Assembly (NCBI GenBank): GCA_043824255.1
Contig: JBDRTG010000034.1
Coordinates: 1,631-65,630, forward strand
Origin: a bacterium
Lineage (GTDB): Bacteria > JAHJDO01
Direction: 5' to 3'
DNA length: 64,000 nt
Numbering within the stretch: the stretch's first letter is position 1; each line of letters starts with the position of its first letter. The notes below the pieces were generated by a model that saw only the letters and a program-made list of their open reading frames with translations, ran no database searches and was not told the origin of the DNA. This document shows positions 29,155 to 38,468 of this stretch, one piece after another. Made by a program: the position numbers and the translations under genes.

Positions 29155-32037
29155 ATGTATTACAGAAAAAGATATATGGATTGGGTTGGTGCTCTGGTTT
29201 TTTGTTCTATCATATTGGGGACGGTATTTTGCAAAGCGGAGAATCAAAACTTAGTGAAAAATCCAAGTTTTGAGGATGGACTCTGGGGCTGGAAAATGAA
29301 GCTCAGTGGAGATATAGCAGGTCGTGAAGACGACTTTATTTTCGAGACAACAAAAGAGGAAACAATAGATGGTAAATACTGCGTAAGAATGGTGTGGCCA
29401 GAAAAAATCCCCTGTGAGAATAGTACATCGCATCTTATTCAGAGAATAGATAAAGAATTTAAAAAAGGAGAAAGATATCGATTCAGTTTCCATGCAAAGT
29501 ACACGCTTCCAAGATATCCGAAGACCAACTATAAGATTTGTCGTTTAAGTTTCAAGAAATTGCAGGGAGGATTCAAGAATATAGACTTCAGAGAGAATAT
29601 AGCGTCATCTGGCTGGAAGAAATATAGCCTTGATTTTACAATAGAAAATGATGCAGAATGTGTGTATGTATACTTTTTTTCTCGTGTTAATGGTGAGACT
29701 ATATTAATTGATGATGTAAAACTTACTAAGATCGAAGAAGTTGAAGTAAAAGAAAAGAAGAATCCTGTAAAGAGTAGCAGTTATGCCGATATGCAGTTTT
29801 TTAAGTCTAGCCACAGCTCTGTTTCCTTCAAGGAATTACCTGATAAGTTGTTGTTTGCAAATTCCCATATTGGTCTTGGTTTTTACAGCAAAAACTATGG
29901 TTTTGCCCAATCCAGCATGTATAGTGTTGATAAGGATACAGACTTTTTGTTTCAAGATTTTCCGAAAGACAGGGCTCTCTGGCAGATAGTCTTAAGACGC
30001 GATAAGGGGAAAGATTCCGGAGAAATAATTTTGGACAATTTCAATCCTTCAGTTACCTCCTATAAGAGGGAAATAAATAATGACTGTAGCATCTTACATC
30101 TTTATTGGAAAGATCTAGGTGTTGCGGGAAAAAATGGTGCTCTGGATGTTGAAGTTACAGTCACATTGCAAAAAGATAATCCGTTATCCTTTTGGCGTAT
30201 CAATATTCAAAACAGGAGTAAAGTATACGGTATATGGCAGGTATTTTTCCCTATTATAAAAGTGGCTTCGATAGATGAAACTCCTGAAGATGACTATTTT
30301 ATGTTCTGCAAGGACCGCGGCAGACTCATTAAGAATCCCTATAATGCCCCAAAGGGTTTCAGGCATGGTTTGCATGTCGATGGAAGTTTTCCAGGCACAC
30401 TGGATATGCAATTTCAGGCTCTGTATGATGAATCCGGTATAGGTTTATATTTAGCAGCTTATGATGACAAATATTATTTCAAACGTTTTAGAGCAATACA
30501 AGATTCTGAAAACAATACAATAGAATTTAAATTTGGACATAATCCACCCAATATGGGTTATCCAGATGAAAATTACAGTTTACAGTACGATATGGTAATA
30601 GGAGTATTCTCAGGTGACTGGTACGATGCATGCCAGATCTACCGCAAATGGGCGATAAAACAACCATGGTGCAAAAAAGGTCCCTTAATTACAAGAGAAG
30701 ACATTCCCACATGGTATAAAGAAGCACCTGTGATGCTTAAAAACAACTCACCTGGTGGAGAGCCAGCAATTGCTTTAAACAGGGATCATTTCTTAGAATT
30801 TTTAGAATTTACAGGTGTTTCATTACCATCCATATGGTATGAATGGCCTAAATGTATTCCAGCTATGACTGCTTTTCGTATTGTTGGAGGTGGGACTACT
30901 CATAACGGCAACTATCCTAAAATTTCTTCCATTCCAGGTTTTGCCGAAGCATGCAAGACTATATCTGAAGCAGGAGGTTATCCTTCAGCATATGTCTGTG
31001 CAAGCATCTATGACCAGGGTCGTAACAATAATGCGCCTTATGCTAAATGGGCAGAACCATATGTCTGTAGGGATGTTAATCTAAAATTGATGTATTATCC
31101 AAAATTGCCAGTATGGCTGATGTGTACATCCGCTGAAGAGTGGCAGAACAGGATAAAAGATATATGTGTTGCGTTGGTAAAAAATGAAAATGTCAAAGGA
31201 ATATATCTGGATACACTTGATGGTGGAGGACCGCACTGTTTTAATACAAGCCATGGGCACTCTCATGGCGGAGGAAACTATAGAGGTTTGGGGGAAAGGA
31301 AACTCGCCAAGAAGGTTCGAGATGCTATAAAATCAATAGATCCTAAAGTTTTCATTACAGGTGAAAATCCAGCTGATTTTATGATTGATGTAATAGACGG
31401 GATGTTATACTCATATACCTATTTTCCCGGATTTATTCCTGTCCCGATGTTCGCTACTGTGTATAATGATTATATCCCAAGATATGGTAGGACGGCGCAT
31501 TTTTTTAATAAGGATTCGTTTTATTGGGAAACTGGATCTCTTTTTGCCGAAGGAGCACAAATGGGAAGGATGCGTATTGACACAGATTCTATAACTGAAC
31601 CAAAATATAAAGAAGAAGCAACGTTTCTCAAAAGACTAATTAACTATTATAAAAAAGAAGTAGGGGGTAATTACCTTTGCTATGGGCAGTTACTTAGACC
31701 AATAAGATTTTCAAAGCCTGATACTTTGCCCGTAGCATCATTTAAATTTGAAAGAAAATTTGAAGAAGAAGTTAAATTAAAAGCACTTTTTGGTGGTGTG
31801 TTTAAAAGTGCTACTAATGAAGATATATGTATTTTTATTGTAAATGCTTCTAATAAAAAGGTGGAATTTAGTTTCAACTTGGATTGCAAGAAGTATAATG
31901 TTCCATCTAATAAAGAGGTAAAAGTATGTAAGGTATCCGAAACCGGGGATCGAAAATCTCTTAAAACCTGTGGGGAGATTTTTGAATATTCTGATACAAT
32001 AGGTGCTCGTGACATTATTATGTTAGAATTAAAATAA
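29155..32037 (+). CDS. Large secreted putative glycoside hydrolase (N-terminal CBM4/9/22-like beta-sandwich; C-terminal TIM-barrel-like domain of unknown family)
   Basis: 960 aa with SD GGGAGG and a signal peptide. The N-terminus (NLVKNPSFEDGLWGWK) is typical of CBM_4_9. The C-terminal region contains IYLDTLDGGGPHCFNTSHGHSHGGG. The family assignment is uncertain. Confidence 0.5.
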   Translation: MYYRKRYMDWVGALVFCSIILGTVFCKAENQNLVKNPSFEDGLWGWKMKLSGDIAGREDDFIFETTKEETIDGKYCVRMVWPEKIPCENSTSHLIQRIDKEFKKGERYRFSFHAKYTLPRYPKTNYKICRLSFKKLQGGFKNIDFRENIASSGWKKYSLDFTIENDAECVYVYFFSRVNGETILIDDVKLTKIEEVEVKEKKNPVKSSSYADMQFFKSSHSSVSFKELPDKLLFANSHIGLGFYSKNYGFAQSSMYSVDKDTDFLFQDFPKDRALWQIVLRRDKGKDSGEIILDNFNPSVTSYKREINNDCSILHLYWKDLGVAGKNGALDVEVTVTLQKDNPLSFWRINIQNRSKVYGIWQVFFPIIKVASIDETPEDDYFMFCKDRGRLIKNPYNAPKGFRHGLHVDGSFPGTLDMQFQALYDESGIGLYLAAYDDKYYFKRFRAIQDSENNTIEFKFGHNPPNMGYPDENYSLQYDMVIGVFSGDWYDACQIYRKWAIKQPWCKKGPLITREDIPTWYKEAPVMLKNNSPGGEPAIALNRDHFLEFLEFTGVSLPSIWYEWPKCIPAMTAFRIVGGGTTHNGNYPKISSIPGFAEACKTISEAGGYPSAYVCASIYDQGRNNNAPYAKWAEPYVCRDVNLKLMYYPKLPVWLMCTSAEEWQNRIKDICVALVKNENVKGIYLDTLDGGGPHCFNTSHGHSHGGGNYRGLGERKLAKKVRDAIKSIDPKVFITGENPADFMIDVIDGMLYSYTYFPGFIPVPMFATVYNDYIPRYGRTAHFFNKDSFYWETGSLFAEGAQMGRMRIDTDSITEPKYKEEATFLKRLINYYKKEVGGNYLCYGQLLRPIRFSKPDTLPVASFKFERKFEEEVKLKALFGGVFKSATNEDICIFIVNASNKKVEFSFNLDCKKYNVPSNKEVKVCKVSETGDRKSLKTCGEIFEYSDTIGARDIIMLELK

Positions 32038-32100
32038 CTGAGCAGTCTACTTATAAAACTTAAGAGGAGATAAACTCATGAGACGATTAAGGAACATGTT

Positions 32101-32108
32101 TGGTTTCA
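32101..32108. repeat. 8-bp direct repeat TGGTTTCA at the IS junction (left copy)
   Basis: Identical 8-mers at 32101-32108 and 33526-33533 bracket the insert. This is either a target duplication or a shared core sequence. Confidence 0.8.
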
Positions 32109-32362
32109 ACTATGATTTTCTGTGTGTACTAAAAAATCTTCACATAACAATTTCACAACTTTTTAATGTAGTATTTCATAATCTCAAAACCTCTCAATGG
32201 TCGCAATCAACTATCCGCGGTCAAGAGCCGCACGAGAACAAATACGCCTGCAGCAGGCCTTATTCACGCTATCGAGCTTTACGGCTTGGGCCTTATGCTC
32301 ATAAAAGCACTCAAGGTCACTGCTGCAGGTGTAATCCTAGAGAGTATGAAATATTTTCATTA
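32109..32362 (-). other. Conserved 3' non-coding end of IS copy B (candidate guide/bridge-RNA region)
   Basis: It lies downstream of the transposase stop. It aligns with 1028-1281 of copy A as conserved blocks, with variable patches at, for example, 32148-32159. Confidence 0.4.
32112..32124. repeat. Subterminal inverted repeat of IS copy B (3' end): ATGATTTTCTGTG
   Basis: Its reverse-complement partner is CACAGAAAATACAT at 33513-33526, matching 13 of 14 positions with one indel. Copy A has the same sequence at 1266-1278. Confidence 0.7.
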
Positions 32363-33451
32363 TTAAGCCGCCCTTTCCGTTTTTTCTTTATCTTTATTAA
32401 TAAAGTCTTTATTAAAGGCAATATTGTTTTTAGCCATAGCCCAGCTCCAGACAAGAAGCTTTCTGGCAATAGCGCAAGCAGCCTTTTTCTTACCGGCTTT
32501 CCTGCTAATTTTATTAAATATTTTTCTGATAAATTCGCTGTGTCTAATAGCAACCCAAGCAGATTGTTGAAGAGCCCATCTAAGATTTGGAGGACCTTGT
32601 TTATTAATTCTTCCGTGCCTGCAGGAATCACCGCTTTGAAAGACTCTGGGAGTAAGACCGGCAAAAGAGGCGATTTGTCCAGACGTTTGAAATCTGGAGA
32701 AATCGCCGATCTCTGCGATAATAGTATACGCAGCTACATCACCAATACCTTGAATTGTTTGAAGGAGTTTCATAAGAGGCTGATAACCCGCCTTATTAAT
32801 AAGGTCAAGAATTTGTCTTTCAATATCAGAGACATCTCTTTCAAAAGAAATAATCTGATCAGTAAGTTGTCTGAGCTGAAATTTATGGATATCAGAAGTT
32901 TTGTTTTCAAAGCCTCTGATCCAGCGAAGAGCATGATGAGCGTCAAGAGTTTTTGGCCCTGGAAGGTTTTCTTTAAGGGTAATACGCCTGAATCTATTTT
33001 TAGAGCAAGCGAGAGAACGGGCAGTTTGATGACGATGTCGAGTAAGTTCTCTGATAGGTCTGAGGTTATTGTCGGGGACAAAGACAGAGAGCTTACTATT
33101 ATGAGTAATTTCACTGGAAGCAAGAAGTCGCGCAATAAGTCTGGCATCTCTGGAGTCAGTCTTAGGGTCCCTGCCAGCATAACGCCTGACTTCAACAGCA
33201 TTCAAGAGATAGATATCAGAAGCAAGAGGGCTGACCAGATCCCAGAACCAGTGATAGAAGCCAACAGCCTCAACAGCAACTGTGCATGGATGAGGAAGGT
33301 CAGCAAAAAAGGCAGAGACTTTGTTAACGCATTTACAGTGAATTTTAGTAATCTTCGCTTCCCTATAAGGGTCATTAGAAAGAGAATCAGTTACAGCAAT
33401 AGTCATAGAATCCTTATGAAGATCCACACCAGCGTACGTAATTGTATCCAT
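32363..33451 (-). CDS. IS110 family transposase
   Basis: 362 aa. The N-terminal DEDD domain begins [15 protein letters not shown]. The C-terminal motif is [42 protein letters not shown]. An AGGAGG SD lies upstream. Confidence 0.95.
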   Translation of the reverse strand: MDTITYAGVDLHKDSMTIAVTDSLSNDPYREAKITKIHCKCVNKVSAFFADLPHPCTVAVEAVGFYHWFWDLVSPLASDIYLLNAVEVRRYAGRDPKTDSRDARLIARLLASSEITHNSKLSVFVPDNNLRPIRELTRHRHQTARSLACSKNRFRRITLKENLPGPKTLDAHHALRWIRGFENKTSDIHKFQLRQLTDQIISFERDVSDIERQILDLINKAGYQPLMKLLQTIQGIGDVAAYTIIAEIGDFSRFQTSGQIASFAGLTPRVFQSGDSCRHGRINKQGPPNLRWALQQSAWVAIRHSEFIRKIFNKISRKAGKKKAACAIARKLLVWSWAMAKNNIAFNKDFINKDKEKTERAA

Positions 33452-33512
33452 TCTTTTGCCTCCTGTTTTAAGGTTAAATTACCTGTTTATCGTTTTCGCC
33501 ATTTTATCCTAG

Positions 33513-33526
33513 CACAGAAAATACAT
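33513..33526. repeat. Subterminal inverted repeat of IS copy B (5' end): CACAGAAAATACAT
   Basis: This is the inverted partner of 32112-32124. Confidence 0.7.
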
Positions 33527-33533
33527 GGTTTCA
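33526..33533. repeat. 8-bp direct repeat TGGTTTCA at the IS junction (right copy)
   Basis: Identical to 32101-32108. Confidence 0.8.
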
Positions 33534-34189
33534 CCTTGATAGAGCTTTTGGTTGTGATTGCAATAATCGCGCTTCTCGCGTCAATGCTTTTGCCTGCTTT
33601 GATGCAGGCAAGGGAGATGGGGAAAAGAACAAAATGCCTTAGTAACCTGAGACAATTAGGCATGGCTATCCAGATGTATGTCGATGACTATGATGGTTGG
33701 TTCCGTCCATATTATGTCAGTACATGGAGTGATTACAGGTGGAGATATTGGCCAAATTCTCTTGTTTGTCCGGGTTATATAAAAAATCCTGATGTATTTT
33801 ATTGTCCTTCTCTGGCGCCATTTAATGGTAGTAATGTGAATTCTAAATGGAATGGAGCTTATTTCGACGCTGTTCCCCTAACTTATGGATTGAGGAGATG
33901 GGGTATAGGTGATGAGCCTATTTTCAAGATAGAGAATCCGTCAGCTTATTTCATTCTGGTAGATAGTGTATTAGATATTCCAGGAAATGCAGAGCATATG
34001 CTACAGGTCTACAATGTTGATGACGCTGGTCAAGCTGTTCATGTTCGGCATAATGAGAGGGCAAATACTTTATTTGCTGACTGGCATGTAGAGGCGAAAG
34101 AAGAAAGCTATTTTACTGATTTGGGTTATGATGTGTATCCATGACTCATTTAACCTTCAAAGAAATTTAACTAAAATATGAGGCTGAAA

Positions 34190-35434
34190 ATGACAGTTAA
34201 AGTGGGAATAATAGGTACAGGTGGTAGAGGAATCGGTTTTATAAGACATATAAATGAACGCAAGGATGCTCTTATAACTGCATTGTGTGATCCGAATCAT
34301 GTGCGTATGAAGAAAGTTGCAGAATTAAAGATTGAAGGTGTTCCCTTATGTATCCACAAGCCGCAACTTTATACTACTATAGGGGATATGCTAAGTTCTG
34401 AAGAGTTGGATGCGGTTATAATCACAAGTCCTGATTATTGCCATGAGGCTAATGCAATTGATGCTTTAGAAAAAGACATTTTTGTGCTTATAGACAAACC
34501 GCTTGCTACCACTACAGAGGGATGTATGAATGTACTTAAGGCAGCTAAGAAATCTAAAGCTACTGTTATGATAGGGTCTAATCTACGTCATGATCCAACA
34601 TTAATGAAGGTTAAGGAAATTGTCTCCAAAGGGGATCTGGGACGAATATTCATGATAGAGAACAGAGAATTCTACGATGGCGGGAAAACATATCTTGCGC
34701 GCTGGAATGGAAAGCAGAAGTACAGCGGTGGATTATGGGTTCATAAAGGAACTCATGATTTTGATATTTTTAACTGGTTAAATCAGGGTGGAAAGCCTCT
34801 CAGAGTCTCTGCATTTGCAGAAAGAAGTGCCTTGAGAAAAGAGGAAATCCCATTCAAAATTAAACCTAAAAAACCAGTTGGGCTAACCTGTACAGAATGT
34901 AGTTATAGAGATATTTGTCCTGATTTTGTTGCCCGAAATACTAAATTATGGGGTAGAGAAGCACAGGCAGTTGATAAATACGCAAAGGATCTTTGTATTT
35001 ATACTTCAGATGCTGATGTTTATGATAATGGTATCGCAATTGTAGAATATGATAATGGGGTTAGGGCTTCACATCTTGAATGTTTTGTAACTTCTTTATC
35101 AGATAGGCTATATACCATTGTTGGAACTAAAGGACAGCTCTCTGCCAGCTTACATGATAGAAAGATCGAAATTCGACCACGTTGGGCAAAAGATGTTACT
35201 GCAACTACAATAGAAATTCCTAAGGTAAGGGGAGGTCATGGTGGAGCTGATACTGGATTAACAGAGCGTTTTTTGGAAGTGGTGAGGGAAAAAAGGGAAC
35301 CTTCTTCCTCGCTTATTGATGGTACATTTTCTGTTGCGATAGGGGAGGCTGCAGAACACTCATGGCGCGAACATCGAATGGTTGAAATATCAGAAGTTCT
35401 GGATGTAAATAACAATCTCCTTAAGAAAGGATGA
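34190..35434 (+). CDS. Gfo/Idh/MocA family oxidoreductase
   Basis: It has the N-terminal Rossmann motif VGIIGTGGRGIG and the EKP-like motif (IDKPLA). The start at 34190 is preferred because GAGG lies 6 nt upstream; the ORF is open from 34178. Confidence 0.8.
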   Translation: MTVKVGIIGTGGRGIGFIRHINERKDALITALCDPNHVRMKKVAELKIEGVPLCIHKPQLYTTIGDMLSSEELDAVIITSPDYCHEANAIDALEKDIFVLIDKPLATTTEGCMNVLKAAKKSKATVMIGSNLRHDPTLMKVKEIVSKGDLGRIFMIENREFYDGGKTYLARWNGKQKYSGGLWVHKGTHDFDIFNWLNQGGKPLRVSAFAERSALRKEEIPFKIKPKKPVGLTCTECSYRDICPDFVARNTKLWGREAQAVDKYAKDLCIYTSDADVYDNGIAIVEYDNGVRASHLECFVTSLSDRLYTIVGTKGQLSASLHDRKIEIRPRWAKDVTATTIEIPKVRGGHGGADTGLTERFLEVVREKREPSSSLIDGTFSVAIGEAAEHSWREHRMVEISEVLDVNNNLLKKG

Positions 35435-36504
35435 GCACAATAATGACTCCAAAGGAAAGAGTTGAAGCAGTACTTCTTTCTCGTCAGGCAGATCATGTGC
35501 CTTTTACAGTTTATGAGAATAAGATTCCACAGTGTGAATGTGAAAGAGAGCTGAGAAATGAGGGATTGTGTATAGTAAATCGCATAAAGGTTTTTAAAAC
35601 TGAAACACCTGATGTAAAGACTCAGAGTATTCACTGTATTGATGAGAAGGATGGTGTCTCAAAAATCAAGACTGTGTATAAAACTCCTCATGGAGATCTT
35701 TCTACTATAAATGTTCCTGCAGGATTTACTACATGGCATGAGGAGCTAATTTTTAAAACTCCTGATGATTACAAAGCAATCGAGTTTATGATTAGAAACA
35801 GACAATATAGAGCTGACTATGAGCCAGTCGTAAAACAGATGAAGTTAGCAGGAGGCGATATTATTTTCAGGGCAGGGATTGGATACGAACCCATGCAGGA
35901 AATAATTCACTCTATCATGGGGATTGAGGTTTTTTCCCTTGAATGGATGGACAACAGAGATGAAATAATGAAATTGTATGATGCTCTTGTGGAAGATAGA
36001 AGGAAGATATATCCAATAGTAGCTGAGTCTCCTGTGCTTCATGCAAATTATGGAGGCAACGTTACACCTGAAATAGTTGGTTTGGAACGTTTCAAAAAGT
36101 ATTATGTGTCCCATTACAATGAATGCGCAGAAATTATGCACAAGCATGGAAAGCTGTTGGGGACACATCTTGACGCAAATAATAAGCTACTAGCTGATGC
36201 TGTTCGGGAGACTGATCTTGATTATGTTGAAGCTTTTACTCCTCCGCCTGACTGCGACTTAAGTGTTGAGAAAGCATTGGAAATATGGTCTGAGAAGAAA
36301 TTATGGATAAACTTTCCATCATCAGTCCATCTTTCAAGCATAGAAGTTATTGAAGATACGATGCGAAAGATATTAAAGGAATCCGGTGATGGCACAAGAC
36401 TTATTGTTGGTATTACAGAAGACGTTCCAGAAGATCGCTGGCAGGAGAGCTTTTCAGCTATTGTAAAGGTCTTGAATACAGATGGAATGTTGCCTCTTTC
36501 CTAA
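35431..36504 (+). CDS. Uroporphyrinogen-decarboxylase (URO-D)-like family protein of unknown specificity
   Basis: 357 aa. The N-terminal PKERVEAVLLSRQADHVPF and the overall pattern resemble URO-D/MtaA-like TIM barrels. It overlaps the upstream gene by 4 nt. Confidence 0.45.
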   Translation: MSTIMTPKERVEAVLLSRQADHVPFTVYENKIPQCECERELRNEGLCIVNRIKVFKTETPDVKTQSIHCIDEKDGVSKIKTVYKTPHGDLSTINVPAGFTTWHEELIFKTPDDYKAIEFMIRNRQYRADYEPVVKQMKLAGGDIIFRAGIGYEPMQEIIHSIMGIEVFSLEWMDNRDEIMKLYDALVEDRRKIYPIVAESPVLHANYGGNVTPEIVGLERFKKYYVSHYNECAEIMHKHGKLLGTHLDANNKLLADAVRETDLDYVEAFTPPPDCDLSVEKALEIWSEKKLWINFPSSVHLSSIEVIEDTMRKILKESGDGTRLIVGITEDVPEDRWQESFSAIVKVLNTDGMLPLS

Positions 36505-36593
36505 AAAGTTTGTCCTAGGATTCTCTGTTGTCTTTTTACAATGTGTATGCTAACATTCGCGGTATAATTTAAATAGGCATAAGGAGCGAAGAA

Positions 36594-38453
36594 TTGAGCA
36601 AATCCAAATTTAATAAACCCAAATTAAACAAATTTAATAAAACATTAGCTATCTGGCTTGTGCTTGGAATAATAGTAATTTTCTTTGTCCAGTTCTCGCA
36701 AATGCAGGGTAAGAGTACAAAAAAGATTGTATACAGTCAATTCATAGCAGATATTAATGCTGGCAGTGTGAAAAATGTTGAAATAGCAGGTAAGAATATT
36801 TCAGGACAATATGTCACTGGGGATAAATTCACGACATATGCAATAGAAAATCCAGATTTATGGAAGTTTCTAAAAGAGCATAATGTTGAGGCAAAAGGGA
36901 AACCGGAGACAAGTGTATGGCAACAACTAGTAGTAGGCACAATTCCATTTTTATTATTTATAGGCTTTCTGTGGTTCTTTGTATATAGACAGATGCAAGC
37001 TGGTGGCAAGCAAGCATTTTCCTTTGGTAAAAGCAGAGCCAAGATGATAAAGGAAGATAGACCTAAAATAACTTTTAAAGATGTAGCAGGTATAGATGAA
37101 GCAAAAGAGGAACTACAGGAGATAATAGAATTTCTAAAGACCCCAGAGAAATTTCAGAAATTAGGTGGTAAGTTACCAAAAGGAGTATTGTTGATGGGGC
37201 ATCCAGGCACAGGAAAGACGCTCTTGGCAAAGGCAGTTGCTGGAGAGGCAAAATGTGCTTTTTTCAGTATAAGCGGTTCTGATTTTGTAGAGATGTTTGT
37301 AGGAGTAGGGGCATCACGTGTGCGGGACTTATTTGAGCAGGGAAAAAGGAATAGTCCGTGTTTGATTTTTATAGATGAGATTGATGCAGTAGGTAGGCAG
37401 CGCTTTGCTGGTCTTGGCGGTGGACATGATGAAAGAGAACAGACCCTAAATGCTTTACTTGTGGAAATGGATGGATTTAATACAAAAGAGGGTGTAATTT
37501 TAATTGCTGCAACAAATCGGCCCGATGTGCTGGATCCAGCACTTCTGAGACCCGGTAGATTTGATAGAACTATTATGGTTGAGATGCCAGATATCAAAGG
37601 CAGAATGGGTATATTGAAAGTTCATACAAAGAACCTTATACTTGGCAAAGATGTTGCTCTTAATGTTGTTGCAAGAGGGACGCCTGGTATGTCAGGTGCA
37701 GATCTGGAGAACCTATGTAATGAAGCTGCGATTGTTGCATCAAGAAAGAATAAAAGCAAGATTGGAATGTCTGATTTTGAGGAAGCCAGAGATAAAGTGA
37801 TGATGGGAATAGAGCGAAAAAGTCTTGTTATTAGTGATGAGGAAAAGAAGATTATTGCCTACCATGAAGCTGGGCATACATTGGTTCAGTATTACTTACC
37901 TGATTCAGATCCAATTCATAAAGTTTCAATTATTCCAAGAGGAAGAGCTCTGGGCCTGACTCATATATTGCCTGAGAAGGATAAGTACATTGAGAGCAAA
38001 TCGCATTACATGAGTAATCTAGTAAGTTTGATGGGAGGAAGAGCTGCAGAGATTTTAGTGTTTAATAATACATACACAGGTGCTAGGAATGATATAAAGA
38101 TTGCTACAGAGCTTGCCAGACAAATGGTATGTGAATGGGGAATGAGCGAAAAACTTGGGCCTCTTTCATTTGGCCGCAGGCATAATCAGGTTTTTCTTGG
38201 AAGAGATATAACAGAAGAAAGAGAATATAGCGAGGACACGGCAAAGAAGATAGATACAGAAGTTCGCAATCTGGTTGAAAGTGCATATAAACAGGCAGAA
38301 GACACTATTAAGAAGAAACGGGACAAATTGGAGAAACTTGTAAAGGAATTGCTGGAGAAAGAAGTAATTGATAGAAAGGATGTAGAGGCTATTCTTGAAG
38401 GAAAATCTGTAAAGAAGAAACCAGTAAATAAATCTCGTAAAAAGAACTCTTGA
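36594..38453 (+). CDS. ftsH: ATP-dependent zinc metalloprotease FtsH
   Basis: 619 aa with a TTG start after AAGGAGCG. Motifs: Walker A GHPGTGKT, Walker [10 protein letters not shown]-type ([11 protein letters not shown]), the SRH, and the zinc motif HEAGH. Confidence 0.95.
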   Translation: MSKSKFNKPKLNKFNKTLAIWLVLGIIVIFFVQFSQMQGKSTKKIVYSQFIADINAGSVKNVEIAGKNISGQYVTGDKFTTYAIENPDLWKFLKEHNVEAKGKPETSVWQQLVVGTIPFLLFIGFLWFFVYRQMQAGGKQAFSFGKSRAKMIKEDRPKITFKDVAGIDEAKEELQEIIEFLKTPEKFQKLGGKLPKGVLLMGHPGTGKTLLAKAVAGEAKCAFFSISGSDFVEMFVGVGASRVRDLFEQGKRNSPCLIFIDEIDAVGRQRFAGLGGGHDEREQTLNALLVEMDGFNTKEGVILIAATNRPDVLDPALLRPGRFDRTIMVEMPDIKGRMGILKVHTKNLILGKDVALNVVARGTPGMSGADLENLCNEAAIVASRKNKSKIGMSDFEEARDKVMMGIERKSLVISDEEKKIIAYHEAGHTLVQYYLPDSDPIHKVSIIPRGRALGLTHILPEKDKYIESKSHYMSNLVSLMGGRAAEILVFNNTYTGARNDIKIATELARQMVCEWGMSEKLGPLSFGRRHNQVFLGRDITEEREYSEDTAKKIDTEVRNLVESAYKQAEDTIKKKRDKLEKLVKELLEKEVIDRKDVEAILEGKSVKKKPVNKSRKKNS

Positions 38454-38468
38454 TTCAGATAATTCCCC

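Larger units (their letters stand above)
32109..33525 (-). mobile_element. IS110-family (IS1111-like architecture) insertion sequence, copy B, complete
   Basis: The element is 1417 bp between the 8-bp repeats, and the repeat-to-repeat distance is 1425 bp. It has one transposase ORF, a 74-nt 5' leader containing AGGAGG, a 254-nt 3' non-coding end and subterminal inverted repeats. Confidence 0.9.
32078..34144 (+). pseudogene. Prepilin-type N-terminal cleavage/methylation plus H-X9-DG (DUF1559-like) gene, interrupted by IS (exons 32078-32108 and 33534-34144)
   Basis: The SD AAGAGGAG and ATG are at 32078. Joining the two parts gives [33 protein letters not shown]... The C-terminus contains [14 protein letters not shown]. 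The 688-aa ORF in the track is the in-frame read-through of the antisense strand of the IS. Confidence 0.8.

Noticed and set aside
32078-34144. The 688-aa ORF reported in the six-frame track, considered as a single genuine protein.
   Set aside because: Residues of about 11-485 are the codon-aligned antisense translation of the IS110 transposase and its non-coding ends, and are low-complexity and Ser/Arg/Lys-rich. Only the first 10 residues and the last roughly 204 residues form a recognisable prepilin-type protein. I treat it as an interrupted gene, although the open frame itself is reported as a finding.
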